From Eledone cirrhosa (taxonomy: Eukaryota), in NCBI GenBank assembly GCA_964016885.1, contig OZ024742.1:26288001-26352000 (forward strand): DNA of 64,000 bases, given 5' to 3'. The notes beneath the pieces were generated by a model, which was not told where the DNA came from, did not search any database, and saw nothing but the letters and a program-made list of their open reading frames with translations. The first letter of the stretch is position 1. Each line of letters begins with the position of its first letter. The position numbers and the translations under genes were made by a program. This document shows positions 59,451 to 64,000 of this stretch, piece by piece.

Positions 59451-62400
59451 ATGGCCAATATAAGAGTTGGATGTTTGAACGTACGCGGCCTGGGGATGAC
59501 CTGGAAACAGGGCAAACTCTTAAACGACCTCAGGTCGCACAGTATGGATGTGGTAGCCATTTGCGAGTCCAGGAACCACAGCGAGCGACAGCTGGCCCCC
59601 ATCTTCGATGACTTTGAGATCTACGCATCTCTCTGTCAACCGGGGGCTGGGGGAGGAGTTGCCGTTTTGCTGCGGAAACACCTGGGCCTCGTAACACAGA
59701 CGGTACATCTGGACCCGGAGGGTCGACTGGTGTCCTAGACGTTGACCGAAGTGAAGGTGGAGCCTTCAGGCTGGTGACCGCATATGCCCCATCCGGGACA
59801 CCGCGGCCGGACTTCTTCAAACGTCTAGAGACTTTTCTGGGACCGCGCCTCTGTGGACGTGGAGTAATCGTAGCGGAACATCTAGATCGTACCTGGATAG
59901 GGTTCTAGTTAGAAATAAGGATAGGGACATGTTAAGCTGTCCACAAATGTTCATGGTTGCCTATTCAGATCACAAACTAGTGACCTGCATGGCCAACCTT
60001 GATAGAAACCATAGACAAGGACCGGCTACTGGAAGCTGAACTTGTCGTTACCGACAAGCAGAGCATACAGTAGACGGTTTAGCACTTTAGTTAAACAGCA
60101 CTTGACAGGGGCCATTGTCAACAACAGATGGTGGTACCCTCTCAAGAGAGCAGTTAGATTAGACTCGATAGTTTTTAGTAAAGAATTAGCGTTAGATAGA
60201 AATAGAACCGAGAAGGAACTGGTAGATAAAGTAGAAGAGGCAATTAGAAGTGGCAACGTAGCCAGCGTGCTAGCAACGAAAACGGCCTTGGACCAGTTCT
60301 TCGACGCAAAGCACGAGGGCTGCGTTGTCAGAAGCAAAATACGTGCTCTGGGAAACGTGGGAGCCAAAGTTGTTAGCTGGGCCCGAGTGACGGAGGCAAC
60401 AAGTCCACGATTCGGTCTTTGAAAGACCAAAACGGACGCGTGAACGTGAGCCGAAGCAGATGTGTGCGGCTTTTCAGCGGCATTTTGCTCAACTGTTCGG
60501 GAGGGGCGGCGCGCCGGGAGAGGCTATGGATTTCGGTCCATACCTCGACGGCCTACCGCGACTCTCGGACAGCGAGTCAAAGTTCTGCGAAAAGCCGATT
60601 TCAGCCGTTGTGATAGGGGACGCGCTGAGCCAATGCGGCAAACGCAAATCTCCAGGTCTCGACGGTCTACCCTACGAATTTTACGTAGCAATGCTGGACT
60701 TATTCTCCGGTCTCCTTGAAGCGGTCTACTGCAACTGGCAACAGAACGGCAGAATTTCCAGTTCTGTAACCGGGGGCGTGGTCACACTAATCAGGAAGGA
60801 CGAGAATAAGGGGGGTGACATAGGAAACTTCCGGCCCATAACTCTGCTAAACACAGAGCTACAGATTTTGGCCAAGGTGTTGGCAAACAGGCTGGCGCTT
60901 GTCGTCGAGAACCTAGTGAAGAAGCGCAGACATGCGCAATCCCGACCAGGTCCATACACGACAACCTCCACCTCATGCGATACATCATAGAGAGGGTAGG
61001 GTGTAAACCCGGCTTCGGTGGGGCCCTGATCAACTTGGATCAGTCTAAGGCTTTCGATAGGGTTGACCATCGTTACCTGGATGCGGTGCTCGAGGCGGCA
61101 GGTTTTGGACCAGTGTTCATGGGCTGGATTGCTGCAATGCACAACAGCAACATCTGCTCAAGGGTCAAGGTGAACGGCTACCTCTCGGAGCTGTTCAGTA
61201 TTACGCGATCCATTCGACAGGGATGCCCTCTCTCCTCCCTTCTGTACCTACTGACTCTCGAGCCACTACTGCGGAAGCTGGAGCTATTGCAGGGCATCCC
61301 TCTGGAACCGGGACTGCGGAAAGCGGCGTCGGCCTACGCCGACGACGTGACAGTAATGGTGTAGAGCGCCTCGCAAATCGAGGAAGTCGGCACCTTACTG
61401 AAGGAATACGAAAGTTTCACAGGAGCGAAGCTGAACCGTGAGAAGTCCATCGGTTTGCAACTCGGATCGTGGAGAGGCAAACCGATGCCTTCCGATGGCG
61501 TCGTCGGACGCTGGACGCAAGGACCGGTAAAGCTGCTCGGGGTCTGGTTTGGTCCGGACCTCCAGGTGGAGAAGAACTGGAACGAAGTGACGGCCAAGGT
61601 GTTTGCACTCACCCAGAAGCGGGCCGAGTGCAAACTAACCTTGAAAGGTCGAGCGGAAGTGGCGAAGACTTTTATAGCGTCCGCCATCTACTACCGCTTG
61701 ACCGTCGTGCCTTGTCCAGCCAAAACGCTCGCCAAAATGGAGCGCGCGCTCTTCCGATTCCTTTGGAAGAGGAGGGCTCCTTTAGTGAGAATATCCATCT
61801 GCTGCCAACACCCTTCTAACGGAGGGCTGGGGATGCCGTGGCTGACGATGCGCAAACACGCGCTCAGGCTGCGGCATCTCTACGTATTCCTCACCGGGCA
61901 ACCGGTGTGGGCCCCGTTCGTGAGGCGAGCCTTCCCACGACTCGTCTCGCTGACCGAGCTGCAGTCCTGGGTCAAGCAAAGACCGAGGAAAATGGGTTAC
62001 TGGCACATCGAATGTGCTCAGGCGCTCACAGCCCTCTGGCAGGCGGACCCGGCGATCAGTGGAGACTCCACTTCGTCATTCTATAGAGGGTTGATCCGCA
62101 GCAAGTGCGACGACGCGCTCGGTGAAACTTTAGACGTAGAGGAAGATGAACTGGCCAGTCTGTTCGGTAGGACCTTCCGCCCGGGACCGATGGACAACTT
62201 CCAAAAGTCCCTGGCCTGGCATTGCTACCGAGGAGCTCTAGTAGTTCGAGACAAGCTCTACAGACATGGGCGCCCGGGCAGGGACCCTGCAAAAAAGATC
62301 TGTCCGTGGTGCGTGCGAGACGAAGAAACCGTCGCGCACGCATTCATACAGTGCCCGGGCGTCACTGACTTGTGGGGCTATGTAGAACGACTATTGTCGC

Positions 62401-62711
62401 GGGTGGGACCAATCCGGTTGACCACCGAGTCCATTGTCATGATCAAACCGCCACCCTCCTTCAAAAACGAAGGCGGTTTTCCTTTGTGTGATAGCTATGG
62501 CGAAAGAGGTTGTATGGTGGAAAGGTTGAAAGGGCTGAGGTCAGACACCTTTCTCTCCGGCCAACAACTGATTCTTTTTTTCAAATACCACTTTGGAAGG
62601 AGAATCAGGATGGAGAGAGAGGTGCTGTACCCCAGCAAGTTTTATGAAAGGTGGGTGAAAGTGGCGAGAATGGCCCGAGTGAATGGGCCTTCTCTCTATA
62701 TCAGCCTGTAG
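59451..62711 (+). pseudogene. Tx1-like ORF2 (APE endonuclease + reverse transcriptase + zf-RVT), disrupted
   Basis: Motifs CLNVRGL, SDHK, GYWKLN, KSPGLDGLPYEFY, FRPITLLNTE, LDQSKAFDRVDH, RQGCPLS, YADDVT and CPWC..ETVAHAFIQC. Frameshifts, a stop at 61362 and deletions in the APE domain. Confidence 0.93.
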
Positions 62712-62950
62712 GTTGAGGAAAAGGAGGAGGAGAGGAAAGGAGTACAAACTCTTCGTACTCCTGGAGATGAGAGTTGCACATTTTTTCGGGGGTATGTGTT
62801 ACCCATATAAACTCTCTCCCCTATTGGGGAAAATCGACTAACTTTTTAAATTGCATTTGTGATAACATTTTACACGTTTTTTATTGTATGTAAACTTCCC
62901 CCTTTGTATTTGTCCCCTTCTTTTGTGCCCCTGTGGCTAATAAAGAAACA

Positions 62951-62962
62951 TATCTATCTATA

Positions 62963-62997
<35 letters not shown>

Positions 62998-63000
62998 ATC
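62951..63000. repeat. (TATC)n spacer between the two Tx1-like copies
   Basis: Directly visible. Confidence 0.95.
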
Positions 63001-64000
63001 TAAGGTTCTAGCTGCGGATAGGAATAGGAAGGAAAGGGAGCTAATAGATAGAGTAGAAGAGGCAATTAGAAGCGGCGACGTGGCCAGAGTGCTAGCGTCG
63101 AGAACGGCTTTGAGCCAGTTTTTCGACGCGAAGCACGAAGGCTGCGTTGTCCGAAGTAAAATACGTGCTCTAGGGAACGAGGGGACCAAAGCTGTTAGCT
63201 GGGCCCGCGTGACAGAGGCCAACAGTGGAACTAAATCCACCATCCGGTCTTTGCGAGACCTGGATGGACGGGCGATTCTTGAGCCTAAGCAGATGTGTGA
63301 GGCCTTTCAAAGGCACTTTGCCCGACTGTTCGGGAGGGGCGGGGAGCCGGTTGGGAACGTGGACTTCGGTCCATACCTCGACGGCCTGCCGCGCCTCTCG
63401 GACAGGGAGGCGAAGTCCTGCGAGGAGCCGATTTCGGCCGCTGAGATAGAGGACGTGCTGAGCCAATGCGGCAAACGCAAATCCCCGGGTCTCGATGGTC
63501 TTCCTTACGAATTATATCTAGCTATGCCGGACTTGTTCCCCGATCTCCTCGAGGCGGTCTACTGCAACTGGCAACAGAATGGGAGAATTCCCTGTACTGT
63601 GACCAAGGGCGTAGTCACGCTAGTGAGGAAGGACGAGAACAAGGGGGACGAAATAAGTAACTTCAGGCCCATAACTCTGCTAAATACAGAGTTACAGATT
63701 TTGGCCAAGGTGCTAGCAAAGAGGTTGGCGCTTGTCGTGGGCAACCTGGTGGGAGATGCGCAGACATGCGCTATCCCGTCCAGGTCCATCCATGACAACC
63801 TCCACCTCATGCGATACATCATAGAGAGGGTTGGGAACGAACCCGGCTTTGGTGGGGCTCTGATCAACTTGGATCAATCTAAGGCGTTCGATAGGGTCGG
63901 CCATGGTTACCTGGATGCGGTGCTAGCGGCGGCAGGCTTCGGACCCGTTTTCAGGGGCTGGATCACTGCTATGCACAGCAGCCGCATCTGCTCTAGGGTC
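63001..64000 (+). mobile_element. Second, 5'-truncated Tx1-like LINE (related but diverged), running off the window
   Basis: Colinear with ~60180-61170 of the first copy (KHEGCVVRSKIRALG, KSPGLDGLPYE, FRPITLLNTE, LDQSKAFDRV), with many substitutions. Confidence 0.92.

Larger units (their letters stand above)
57269..62950 (+). mobile_element. Near-full-length L1/Tx1-clade non-LTR retrotransposon, degenerate
   Basis: 5' UTR, ORF1 with a zinc knuckle, ORF2 with APE + RT + C-terminal CCHC, and a 3' UTR with AATAAA at 62939. (TATC)n on both flanks. Confidence 0.93.

Noticed and set aside
59530-63904. Antisense and alternative-frame ORFs over the LINEs
   Set aside because: Shadow ORFs of GC-richer ORF2 sequence.

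Overview
AT-rich, microsatellite-dense animal DNA with no host protein-coding gene that I can support. The tRNA-derived SINE family and repeat content suggest an octopus or other coleoid cephalopod; this is an inference. From 1 to 16.7 kb there are SINEs, LINE 3' fragments, a decayed hAT transposase and (TA)n tracts. From 16.7 to 43.1 kb there is a ~26 kb G-poor minisatellite (12-bp unit grading into a 42-bp unit) with higher-order repeats, which accounts for nearly all ORFs listed there. From 43.6 to 46.2 kb four unrelated short elements sit between (TA)n tracts. From 47.4 to 52.7 kb there is a near-full-length, frameshifted Penelope-like retroelement (RT + GIY-YIG, Hydra-clade motifs) with a pseudo-LTR and an inverted extension. 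From 57.3 to 64 kb two tandem L1/Tx1-like LINEs sit in (TATC)n. The main unexpected signal is that the short foldback and tandem elements and the Penelope pseudo-LTRs each carry a different hammerhead-ribozyme (HHR) motif. These include a U3-A8 compensatory core variant, an ultra-minimal form and one with an ~80-nt stem II. Together they suggest a set of (TA)n-targeted non-autonomous retrozyme/mini-Penelope families. All folds were derived by eye and none has been tested.
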